Shown: positions 1-11,085 of the stretch, piece by piece
Position numbering within the stretch: position 1 is the stretch's first letter
Layout of the letters: each line of letters opens with the position of its first letter
Origin: Octopus sinensis
Lineage: Eukaryota
Length of the DNA: 64,000 bases
Assembly: GCF_006345805.1 (NCBI RefSeq)
Contig: NC_043010.1
Coordinates: 56,420,001-56,484,000 of the forward strand
Reading direction: 5' to 3'
The notes under the pieces: generated by a model
Told to the model about the DNA's origin: nothing
What the model saw: the letters and a program-made list of their open reading frames with translations, nothing else
Databases searched by the model: none
Program-made: the position numbers and the translations under genes

Positions 1-110
1 GCCGGAGACTATAATAGAAGACATTTGCCCAAGGTGCCACGCAGTGGAACTGAGCCCTGAACCATGTGATTGGGTAGCAAGCTTATTATCATACAGCCAC
101 GCCTGTGCCT
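1..110 (-). mobile_element. tRNA-derived SINE family A, 5' head fragment cut by the window edge
   Basis: Reverse complement matches the head of the complete copy at 39992-40377 (ggctgtgtggtaag...gggttcagtcccactgcgtggcaccttgggcaag). Confidence 0.85.
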
Positions 111-1219
111 ATATAATAAGTTTCAAGGGAAAGAATAAGCACCACTACACATCATGAACTTGGCATAAAAACCACGACACAACATTTGTTACAAACAAAA
201 ACTGGGAAATATTTTTTTTTAAATAATAAATTTTGAAAAATGAGACCCATTTTGGAGGAATTTTTTTTATTTGCTAAAATGTTTGTCATTGATTTGTTAA
301 AGGGTTTAGGGACCTGATATAGTTGGCACCAAAGAGCAGCAGTGTTAGGCATAGAGTGGTGGTGGCCACAGGTCAGTCGTGATCATCTGATGTAAGAAAC
401 TCAGGCTGCATGAGCCAACGTCCTTTGTTTGAAAAGAGAAAAGTGTGATTTTTCCGGAATCTTTTGCTATTATTTCTAGTTCGCGGGCGACCAGTTAGAG
501 ACCCCCACCATTGGTTGCCATCAATGTCGTTTGTGAGATCCAGCTGTGTCGGCTGGTTGAGACATTTTAATTCAACGATGGACAATGTATATCAGTGAAA
601 TCCCAGTTAAAACTAAGGCTGCAGCAGACGTATTTTGTTTCTGCTGTTGTTGTTGTTGTAATTGTTGGCAGGAAAGATCGTGATGGTGGTGGTGGAGGAG
701 CAGCAATGGTGGTGGAGAGAAACCTAACAACAACATCAACAATAACAGCAACAACAATTGCATCCTATCGTCTTAGGAGACGAAAGGATGGATACATGTA
801 ATCCTGAATTCCTTAAGCATAGGAAAAAGACGGGATGTTCGTAGTCGGAATGCCTTTAAGCATAGATCTTATTGGATGAGGACTGACCTGGGGCTAAACA
901 TCAGCATCACCACCAACAACGATTACAAACATAAGCAATAACAGTATCAACTACAACGACTGCAACTGCAGCAGCAACAACCACAACAGCAAAGAATAAA
1001 AGATTTATTAGTTATTTCGATCCGTCTGAACTTTCCCCTCACATTTTTAATGTAGATATTAAGCAATGATATATTTTTTAGCCCAAATTTTCTCATTTTC
1101 TACGTTGTTTACTTGCTTTTTTTGTTGTTGTTGCTGCTGTTACATTTATTTTGTTTCTGCACAGATTTCTGTTTTATTTATTGGTTTATCCTTTTATATT
1201 TATTGGTTCGACATCAATT

Positions 1220-1302
1220 TGTAGCGATGGCGGAGATTGGGGAAAAGAGGCGATAATTTCTGTGGCTGCCATCTTTGTTAAATGGCGGCGTTGGTTGTGA
1301 GT
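1220..1302 (+). promoter_or_regulatory. Possible CpG-rich promoter or first exon with YY1-type motifs and a 5' splice donor
   Basis: AAATGGCGGC at 1280-1289, a reverse AAAGATGGCAGC at 1265-1276 and GATGGCGG near 1226. ATG GCG GCG TTG GTT (1282-1296) is followed by GTGAGT at 1297. No transcript evidence. Confidence 0.3.
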
Positions 1303-2103
1303 TGTCGTCGCTGAAATTGGTAAAGAAGCGGGCTGCAGACGACAGCAAAAGGGTGGCGAGTCTGAGGCACACACCCGTGTGTGTGTATGTGTGTGTGCGT
1401 GTGTGCGTGTGTGTGTGTGTGTGTGGTGTGTGTGTGTGTGTGTGACGTGATAATGCGTTTTGTGGGCGTATGGCGGGGAAGGAAGCTGATAACAGCGACA
1501 GTATCTTAATATGGCCGTATTTTTATGTGGACGGACATAACATTGATATTGGTTTTTATAGACTTGCGTGCGCAAGATATGTGTATTTTGTGATGTGCTC
1601 ATATATATTTATTAGACATATATACATATGTATATATATACAAATATGTATGTGTGTGTAAGCATTGATAGCTGCGTGTAGATGGGTGTGTCTGCGTGCA
1701 ACGAACTTTGCATACATATTATGTGTAAATACGGGTGCAAACAGACATGTAAATCTCTGTTTTGTGTGTATTTATGGGGCTTATGCATGCACACACACAC
1801 ACACACGCACATATATGCTTGTATGAGCGTTTGTATGGTGACGTGTGTATGCATGTACATATACACAAATATACAGAAAACATGTGCGTATACATACATG
1901 CATGCATGTATGCATATATGTATTACACATACACACACATATATGTATGTATGTGTGTGTGCGTGTGTGTGTGTGCATGCATATACACTCATTATATATG
2001 TAGCAATAAGTGTAGGGGCGTTTGTATGCATATTTGTATATAGATGTTATGGATGCCCAATGCCTATATTTTTCCATGTATATATTTCTAGTATTATATG
2101 CGA

Positions 2104-2139
<36 letters not shown>

Positions 2140-3383
2140 ATGCGTGAGAAAGCGAGAGAGGGAGAGAGAGTCTGTCTGTGAATTTATACACTAACCACTT
2201 TATGTTATTAAAAGGTTTATATTATTGGTATGTAACAATGGAGGCGTATTATGGCGTGGTCGGCCGTTAATTGTTTATTGATAAATAGGATACATATTTA
2301 TATGTGTGTGTTTGTGTGTTCCCTTGTCTTGATATCACGTCATAGTTGTAAATGAACATCACCGTCATGCTAGCGTTGTCGTTCATTTCCAATCTTTCGT
2401 AATAACATGTCTAACCATAGAAAATATCTTGCTTTGAAACAAGTCTGGATCGGTGACATGAAGGACATCCAGATGTAAAAGAAGGAAATCTCTCTCAGCG
2501 AGCGGGGTAGGCCTGCAAAACTGGATGGGGAAACAATGTTGATGTATACGCGCGCGCGCGCACACACACACACACAAATACACACACGAACACAGAATCA
2601 CATTTCCTGGATACTGGAAAGGACTCTCTCTCTCTCTCTCTCTTTCTAGTGTGGAGGACCAGCGTTCTAACTCCGGGGGGTTAGTGGGGGTGTAAGAAGT
2701 GACAGAAAGGTTAAGGTGTTGATCTACAGCGGGTGGTCAACAGATATAGACAGACAGACAGACAGATGATAGTTGAATATCGTCGCTGTGTGAAGGTAAA
2801 AACCTCGACAAACAACGTCAGACAAAAACCACAATTTGAAAGGGAATAATATACAAGATAGGGGCTGCTCCTTAAAGGGGCTCTATAGTATAGAGACTAT
2901 TAATTATAGGAGCAGAATGAGAGCGGGAGTAGGAGATAAGGAGCCGGTGACTTTATACATGAACCACTAATTAAAGAAGATACTATTAAAGTGATTACAT
3001 CTTATATATACACATACACGTGTGTATATAGTACAATGTAGGTTAATTAGTTTGTGTTGATGTAACAATGTACTGCAAATATGATTATATATATGTGTAT
3101 ACGACTCTCTCTCTCTCTCTTTTTCTCTCTCTCCGCCCTCCCTACACATACAATATACATATATATACACATACATGTGAGCATATGTGTGTGTGTGTGT
3201 GAATAAATCTATATTTATTTTAATATTACATCTGCACATCCACTCACGTAACCGTTCAGTGTATTTGTGTATGCATGCGCACACAATCTGTGTGTGTGTG
3301 CGCGCGTGTGGAAAGTTAAGTTTGCAAATAGGAAAACTCCATGATGTGTGTATAGATGTGTAACCCCGTACACACGCACACGC

Positions 3384-3524
<141 letters not shown>

Positions 3525-3559
3525 CGATACAGTGATGTAGATATACATAAATACACATT

Positions 3560-3716
3560 CTTTTATTTGTTTCATTCATCGACCCCAGCAATTATTTTTT
3601 GTAAGCCTAGTATTTATTATATCGGGCTCTTTTGCCGAACTGCTAAGTTATGTGGACGTAAACACACCAACATCGGCTGTCAAGCGATGGTGTGGAGGAC
3701 AAACAAGCACACAAAC
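3560..3716 (-). mobile_element. SINE family A, body and 3' fragment
   Basis: Reverse complement of the ...gcttgacaaccgatgctggtgtgttta...cggcaaaagagaccgatagaataagtactaggcttac body seen at 40200-40300. Confidence 0.75.
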
Positions 3717-3789
3717 ATACACACATACATATATGTACGTGTGTGTGTACACATATATATTTATGTGTACATGTGTGTGTGTGTGTGTG

Positions 3790-3955
3790 TGTACTGTTGT
3801 GTCTGTTATAATTTAACGCATTCACCAGTGAGTGTGTTAAATTATAAAGCACCAAAAGAAAATGACTCTCCCAAGACACAACAGAATATGCTTCAACACA
3901 CGAACTCACATAAAGAATCTTGCAAACCAAATCCAGAAACGAAATATATATATCC
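3790..3955 (+). mobile_element. Penelope-like terminal-repeat fragment with a short inverted 5' copy
   Basis: Same family as 10115-10298 and 23650-23852. ttataatttaacgcattcac is followed by gtgagtgtgttaaattataa, forming a hairpin junction. Confidence 0.6.
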
Positions 3956-4495
3956 AACGAAGCTACACGAAGAAGATAGCCTCTGTACAGCATATAAGCT
4001 ACTGGGAAAGACTCAAGAGATTAAGACTCTATTCCTTGGAGCGTAGGCGAGAAAGGTATGCCATAATATACATCTGGAACATTCTGGAAGGACTTGTCCC
4101 AAACTTTGGCATCGAGAGTTACACAAATACTAGAACTGGGCGCCACTGCATAGTGCCAAGGACTCCAAATTTGCCATCAAGATGTAGGACAAGATACTGT
4201 GATAGCCTGGGCTTCAGAGGTCGACAGTTCTTCAATATCCTCCCGAAGGACCTAAGAGACCTGCATGAGGTGGATGCAGATGTCTTTAAAATAAAACTGG
4301 ATCTCTTCCTGTCAGGTGTCCGAGATGAACCAACTTCACGGCAGGAGGTGCAGATGAGGGCAGCTGCATCAAACTCTCTCATGCACCAAATGTCAATTGT
4401 TAAAAAGCATACGTGAAGTAAAATCATGTAGCAAAACCGAATGGCGGTGCCCCAGCATGGCCACAGCTCGTGAGCTGAAACTAGATAAAATGATA
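3955..4495 (+). mobile_element. 5'-truncated CR1/Jockey-group LINE: ORF2 C-terminus plus 3' tail
   Basis: Translation gives YWERLKRLRLYSLERRRERYAIIYIWNILEGLVPN...NILPKDLRDL...FKIKLDLFL, typical of the post-RT C-terminus of CR1-group ORF2. Stop at 4416, then the tail ggcggtgccccagcatggccacag...ctgaaactagataaaa. Confidence 0.8.
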
Positions 4496-4518
4496 AGATG
4501 ATAAAAATGATAAAATAT

Positions 4519-4873
4519 GAGTGGCTGTGTGGTAAGTAGCTTGCTTACCAACCACATGGTTACGGGTTCAGTCCCACTGCGTGGCACCTTGGGCAAGTGT
4601 CTTCTACTGTAGCCTCGGGCCGACCAAAGCCTTGAGAGTGGATTTGGTAGACGGAAACTGAAAGAAGCCCGTCGTATATATGTATATATAAATATGTTTG
4701 TATGTCTGTGTTTGTCCCCCGCCTCCACCATCGCTTCACAAGCGATGCTGGTGTGTTTACGCCCCCGTAACTTGGCGGTTCGGCAAAAGACCACGATAGA
4801 ATAAGTACTAAGCTTACAAAGAATAAGTCTTGGGGTTGATTTGCTCGACTAAAGGCGGTGCTCCAGCATGGCT
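4519..4873 (+). mobile_element. SINE family A, nearly complete copy
   Basis: tRNA-like head (A/B-box-like tggctgtgtggtaag and gggttcagtccc), central TA/TG tract, body and gcggtgctccagcatgg tail. Confidence 0.9.
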
Positions 4874-5029
4874 GCTTCTTTCAGTTTCCGTTTACCAACC
4901 CACTCACAAGGCTTTGGTCGGCCCGAGGATATAGTAGAAGACACTTGCCCAAGGTGCCACGAAGTGGGACTGAACCCGGAACCATGTAATTGGTAAGCAA
5001 CCTACTTACCACACAGCCACTCCTGCGCC
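4874..5029 (-). mobile_element. SINE family A head, inverted relative to the adjacent copy
   Basis: Reverse complement of 4519-4669. Confidence 0.9.
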
Positions 5030-5499
5030 CATATACACAACATATGTATATGCATGTGTGTGTGTGTGTGTGTGTTTAAGGGAGTGTACAGCGTGATAAA
5101 TAAATATGGAGATACATATATGTGTTGTGTATATATGTACATAGATAATGATAGATACGTAGATGAATGTTGTGTTTGTGTGTATGTATGAATGCATATA
5201 ATGTACAGTCATAGAATAGATATGTAAATACGTATGTATGAATAATGCGTATAGGTGTATGAGTATGTGTGTGTGCCCGTGTGCGTGTGTGTGTGTGTGC
5301 TGCTCCCTGTCAACCGCAGTGTCAACCCTAATTACTTAGCCCCTCCACTATTGACATTCATTTAAACAAACACATCGTCTTCGCCACCTCCACACTTGCA
5401 AGTACCACCACACTACTTTAAACATCCTGGTGTTGATGGTGACGCTGGCGCTGGCGGTACGCACCCCTACTCCCTTCTCTAACCATTCCTCTCACCAAC

Positions 5500-6360
5500 A
5501 TTGGGTCTTCACTTCATAACCTTCACTCGATCTCTTCACATATTCCGGACCCAAATTGATACCGAATACTTCATGTTTCCCACACCCAACTCCATTGTGT
5601 CTTTTTTCCATCGGTGTGGCCCGCATCGTTTCATCCGGGCCGCAATGCCTGACTTTAGTTCCCTCTCTCAGAGAATTGTCAGGTCTGTTGTGTTTGCAAT
5701 CACCAATATTCCTTGTTCTTGACAGACGTGGATACATTTCTGTTCTGGTGTACCTTGGATATTACCATCAGAGCAATCCTTCCTGCAACAGTATTCTAAA
5801 TAGTTTCGGTCACAATGTCATGATGTCTCATGGGAAGATGACACTTTTTCACAGCTACTAACGATATGAGTGATATCTTCCTCACAGCTATTGCACTATC
5901 AGTATTTTCTATGACAACATGGACATCTAACGGCACCCTTGTCTCTTCTCAGTCAGGTATTTAATGGCTTCCTCTCGTCCTGATAGCTAAGGTGTATCCT
6001 TCTTGATGGGATGGGACGTATCTATCACAGTACCAGCAGAAGCTACTCTTCCTGTCAACATTGTTAATAACCTCTACCTTCAGGGCTATATACCCACATA
6101 GAACTTTCAGCATGTAGAACAGTCCAGCTACCTTTAAGTCACATGCAACAACTGTACACCTGGAGTACCTATTAAGGAGTTCTTCACCTAATCTCAAATT
6201 GTTATTGTTTTCACTGTTGAGTACACATGTAACGTACTCATGTCGCCCGTCCAAGTAACACAATGTGGCACTCAAAGGACATGTTAACGGATTCCATGCC
6301 TCGATCTCCATTTTTCCAGTGGACATGAATCCTGCCAATGTCACTTTTGACTTGGAACTC
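5500..6360 (-). pseudogene. Decayed R4/Dong-type (restriction-like endonuclease) non-LTR retrotransposon, C-terminal region
   Basis: Across shifted frames: DIGRIHVHWKNGDRGMESV (RLYVxRKxGGRG-like), LCGYI...NNVDRKSSFCW...YVPSHQEGYTLAI, CNSCEEDITHIVSSC (CCHC finger), PMRHHDIV and CKHNRPD (RLE PD motif), in the expected order. Confidence 0.75.
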
Positions 6361-6410
6361 ACCAATATTGATTAGGAGCATCCTAATCCGGGTGCCCAAT
6401 TAGCAGATCT

Positions 6411-6520
6411 CTTCAAGTGTCCTGAAGAAGGCTGGAGGGTATATCAGCCGAAACGTTGTGTTAACAACAAACAAGATGAGGACAAATATCCGTCAAATGT
6501 AAATAATGTACATAATATAG
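6411..6520 (+). mobile_element. Penelope-type terminal fragment with a hammerhead core
   Basis: CTGAAGA (6422-6428), stem GGCTG/CAGCC, then GAAAC GTT. The tail aacaacaaacaagatgaggacaaatatccgtcaaatgtaaataatgta is shared with 58881-59030 and 59300-59400. Confidence 0.75.
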
Positions 6521-6870
6521 GACTGTGTCCAGTTTAGTGCCCCAAATATTGGTACTAGCACTGGCACAGCTCTGATTTCCATTTCTTCCAAAGTCTGATG
6601 CAGTATTATTCCCTGCTACCCTCTAGACTTACCCGAATTTCTTTTATCTTCTGCACCAAACGAGAGAAACAATCAGTCTGTAACCGGAATTTTTAAGACG
6701 ACATTACCAGTGGAGTCGTGAGTGTGTGTGGATGAGTATGTTTGCATGTATATGTGTCTGGATGGATATGTAAGCATTTGTGCATATATGTATGCATGGA
6801 ATAATGCATGTATGCATGTGTGTTTGCATGCATGTATATATGGATGATTCTATATATTGAATATTGATAA

Positions 6871-7258
6871 GGCGGCGAGCTGACAGAATCGTTAGCACGC
6901 CGGGCGAAATGCTTAGCAGTATTTCGTCTGTTGCTACGTTCTGAGTTCAAATTCTGCCGAGGTCGACTTTGCCATTCATCGTTTCGGGGTCGATAAATTA
7001 AGTAGCAGTTACGCACTGGGATCGATATAATCGACTTAATCCGTCTGTCTGTCTTTGTTTGTCCCCTCTATGTTTAGCCTCTTGTGGGTAATAAAGAAAC
7101 AGGTATTTCGTCGGTCTTTACGTTCTGAGTTCAAATTCCGCCAAGGTCGGCTTTGCCTTTCATCGTTTCGGGGTCGATAAATTAAGTACTAGTTCCGTAT
7201 TGGGTTGATCTAATCGACAGGCCCCCTCTCTCAAAATTTCGGGCTTTGTGCCTAGAAA
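6871..7258 (+). mobile_element. tRNA-derived SINE family B (Deu/Nin-domain-like), with an internally duplicated middle part
   Basis: Head ggcggcgagctgacagaatcgttagc...gagttcaaattc, followed twice by gactttgcc(t)ttcatcgtttcggggtcgataaattaagta, which resembles the Deu/Nin SINE domain. Confidence 0.8.
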
Positions 7259-8366
7259 AGAATATATTGGGTGTGTGATGTTTACAATGTTTTCGATGGT
7301 GGTCGTGGTAAGAGTGACTGCAGTAAGGTGTATAACTGTAGGGAAGTGGAGGGGAGAGAGGTCAGGGTTAGAGAGTACAGATGGGGAGGAGTCTTGTTAG
7401 GTAAAGGGGTAGAGTTGTTAATGTCGATACAATAATAGTATGTTAATGTCTCTTTGTTCACTATTTACACACACATACAAATGTGTGTGTGTGCGTATAT
7501 ATGTATGTACGCATGTATATAAACATATATGTGTGTGTGTGTGTGTGTAGCTGGTGACACAGTGAAGCATAGTAAATGTGTACAGACATCTCATTAGAAG
7601 TGAAATACTTTTGAAACGTCTCCCACAGCCACCACCACTCTTATCTCCCTTCTCCTTCTCTCTCTCTCTAGATTACAACCCCTTGTTATCACACACACCC
7701 CCTCGCACAGTGACATTAGTGTCAATCCAGTTTGTTAAGAAACCGTATCCCCCGTCTCTGTGCCTCTCCCTTCACATTGGTCACCATCTGACACTAATGA
7801 CCCCCGCTTCTACAGTTTCAGTCCCTCTTCCACCACCACAACCGTCATTAGCAGTCCTACACCAACACCACAACCGTCTCCAGCACCACCGCCACTACTG
7901 CCACTCACCCCTGTTGAAGCCAGTGCTGTAGTTGTTACTATGAGACGAACCCTTCTCTTTGTCCCAAGTCCTTTCTTTGTAAAGAAAAAGTTCCATTTTT
8001 AAGTCTCAATATTCAATCCCGAGTATGTGGGATACTAAACGATCTTTGAGTACCCGAAGTGGTAACCGTGTGTACCTCAGGAGTGATCTTTAGTGGTGTC
8101 AATTTTCTGTTCGAATTGATTTCATATTCAGTGTAATGATACACTTTTATAGGCTAATTAATGGCGTGAAAATAATTCCGCTATAAATCAATAAATAAAG
8201 AGTTATTAGTAATTAAAAATTTGAAATTTTTGGTAATTCTAGCCAATTGTAAGCCAGACACATTCATGTCTGTTTTGATGGTAACAAACGGAACATGAGA
8301 ACTCCTTTGCCTGTTGTTATAGCAAGTTTTTGTAAAGTCTTTTATCTGCGAGGAAGCAGTTTTCTG

Positions 8367-9459
8367 GGATCTTTTCTAAAAGATGGACAGAATTTTCTAC
8401 TTCACTAAATAATTTGAAACTTCGTATACTGGTAGAATGTGTCAAAAGAAAACATTAATTTCAATTAGTTTTTTTGAGAAAAATGTATTTTGTAACTTTT
8501 ACGTAGTTTAATTCTTCGAATTTTAACCAATCGTATTCTCTGTTTTGAGCTCAATTCATTTGCTGCCGTGTTATTCGTCCTGATCACTGTCTTCTGTCTT
8601 CAAAGGCTTCTCGCATGTTTATTTCAATGTCATCCCTGACTTACGGAACGATTACCTGTGTGTATGTGTTTTTGTTGTGTATGTGTATGCGTGCGTGTGT
8701 TTGTTGTGTGTGTGTGTGTTATTGTGGTGTATGTGTGTGTGTGTTTGTTGTGTGTGTGTGTTATTGTTGTGTATGTGTATGTGCGCGTGTGTGTGTGTGT
8801 CTTTTTGTTGTGTATGTGTGTGTGTGTGTGTTTTGTTGTGTATGTGTGCGTGTGTTGTGTATCTCTTAAATCGATGAATTTCGTCGCCCAATAAAAACAT
8901 TAACGATATCAAAGTTCAAAAAATATCGTTAATATTTTTATTGGGCGACGAAATTCATCGATTTAAGAGATACACAACACACGCACACATACACAACAAA
9001 AACACACACACACACATACACAACAATAACACACACACACAACAAACACACACACGCACACACATACACAACAATAATGCACACACGCACACACATACAC
9101 CACAATAACACACACACACACAACAAACACACGCACGCACATACATACACAACAAAAACACATACACACAGGTAATCGTTCCGTAAGTCAGGGATGACAT
9201 TGAAATAAACATGCGAGAAGCCTTTGAAGACAGAAGACAGTGATCAGGACGAACAACACGGCAGAAATGAATTGAGCTCAAAACAGAGAATACGATTGGT
9301 TAAAATTCGAAGAATTAAACTACGTAAAAGTTACATAATACATTTTTCTCAAAAAAACTAATTGAAATTAATGTTTTCTTTTGACACATTCTACCAGTAT
9401 ACGAAGTTTCAAATTATTTAGTTAAGTAGAAAATTCTGTCCATCTTTTAGAAAAGATCC
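8367..9459. mobile_element. 1.1-kb foldback palindrome, probably a non-autonomous DNA element
   Basis: 8367-8909 is the reverse complement of 8923-9459, apart from a few substitutions, one small indel and microsatellite length differences. The loop is 13 nt. Ends are tg|GGATC...GATCC|ta. Confidence 0.85.
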
Positions 9460-9492
9460 TATGTACGTTTGTATATATATGTGTATATATAT

Positions 9493-9621
<129 letters not shown>

Positions 9622-10009
9622 CCTAAAGCTAACATCTCTTTTAAGTAACCAGTGGGTTGTTAATGTCCCGTCAATGTAACCAGTGCGTTGTTAATGCGCC
9701 GCTGGCTTCCCCCCATCTCTCACCAATTGGCCTATTAACAGTGACAATGAATCATTTGTAACCAATCAGAGGGGTTAATCCATCGGCGTTTTATTGTAAT
9801 GAGTGGCAGTGCTAATGCGTCAGTAGTTCATTGTAACCAGTGGTTGTGTTAGTCACAGACAGTTTATAACCATATGGTCTCTTATTTATTGCTGCCTTGA
9901 CACTGCCTAACTGGGTCGTCTGCCGGATAGGAACAAGGTGGGAGTAGGAGGGCACTTAACTCGTGGGGTGGGGGTGAGATATGAAAATACACACACACAC
10001 ACATACATA

Positions 10010-10091
<82 letters not shown>

Positions 10092-10114
10092 CATACACTA
10101 TATGTATATGTATG

Positions 10115-10298
10115 TATTTGGATTTGGTTTGCAAGATTCTTTATGTGAGTTCGTGTGTTGAAGCATATTCTGTTGTGTCACGGAAGAGTAATTTTCTTTT
10201 TGTGCCTTATAATTTAACACACTCAGCGGTAAAATTTCCACTTATTTCTTATTTTTATTTTCCTAAAATTTTCGTTGCGTCTTGCAACCTTTTCAATA
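10115..10298 (-). mobile_element. Penelope-like terminal fragment with a degenerate hammerhead-like motif
   Basis: Same family as 3790-3955 and 23650-23852. The minus strand at 10298-10261 reads TTGAAAA G GTTGC aagac GCAAC GAAA ATTTTA. Confidence 0.6.
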
Positions 10299-10344
10299 AT
10301 ATATATATGTATATATATTATATATTATATATATATATATATAA

Positions 10345-10540
10345 TATATCATCATCATCATCATCATCGTTTAGCGTCCGTTTTCCATGCTAGCATGGGT
10401 TGGACGGTTCTACTGGGGTCTGTGAAGCCAGAAGGCTTCATCAGGCCCAGTCAAATCTGGCAGTGTTTCTACGGGTGGATGCCCTTCCTAACGCCAACCA
10501 CTCCGAGAGTGTAGTGGGTGCTTTTACGTGCCACTCGCAC
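10345..10540 (-). mobile_element. RTE LINE 3' tail (short 5'-truncated copy) ending in (GAT)n
   Basis: Reverse complement of the 60915-61087 tail (gaaccgtccaacccatgctagcatggaaaacggacg...gatgatgat). Confidence 0.85.
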
Positions 10541-10541
10541 A

Positions 10542-10618
<77 letters not shown>

Positions 10619-10634
10619 CACACACACTCACACT

Positions 10635-10852
10635 ATTTATATCTTTTACTTGTTTCAGTCATTTGACTGCGGCCATGCTGGTTCACCGCCTTTAGTCGAA
10701 CAAATCGACACCAAGACTTATTCTTTGTAAGCCTAGTACTCATTCTATTGGGGAATAGAATAAGTTGCAAGGACATAAATACACCACTATAGCCACGGGC
10801 CGACCAAAGTCTTGTGAGTTGATCTGGTAGACGGAAACTGAAAGAAACCCGT

Positions 10853-10885
<33 letters not shown>

Positions 10886-11085
10886 CTGTGTGTGTGTGTA
10901 TTTGTCCACCCCTCCATCGCTTGATAACCGATGTTGGCGTGTTATGTCCCCATATCTAGCGGTTCAGCAAAAACACCGATAGAATAAGTTCTAGACTTAC
11001 AAAGCATAAGCCCTGGGGTGATTTGTTCGGCAAAAGCCGGTGCTATAGTATGGTCGCAATCAAATGGCTAAAACAAGTAAAAGAA
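10635..11085. mobile_element. SINE family A fragments: tail on - (10635-10740) and partial copy on + (10790-11085)
   Basis: Match the tail and the head/body of 39992-40377. Confidence 0.75.

Noticed and set aside
373-763. Minus-strand ORFs (MSIVELKCLN... and MQLLLLLLLM...) resembling a secreted or neuropeptide precursor
   Set aside because: The two ORFs are in different frames, the hydrophobic run comes from a (GTT)n repeat, the first starts at TTG, and I recognise no family or consistent splice sites.
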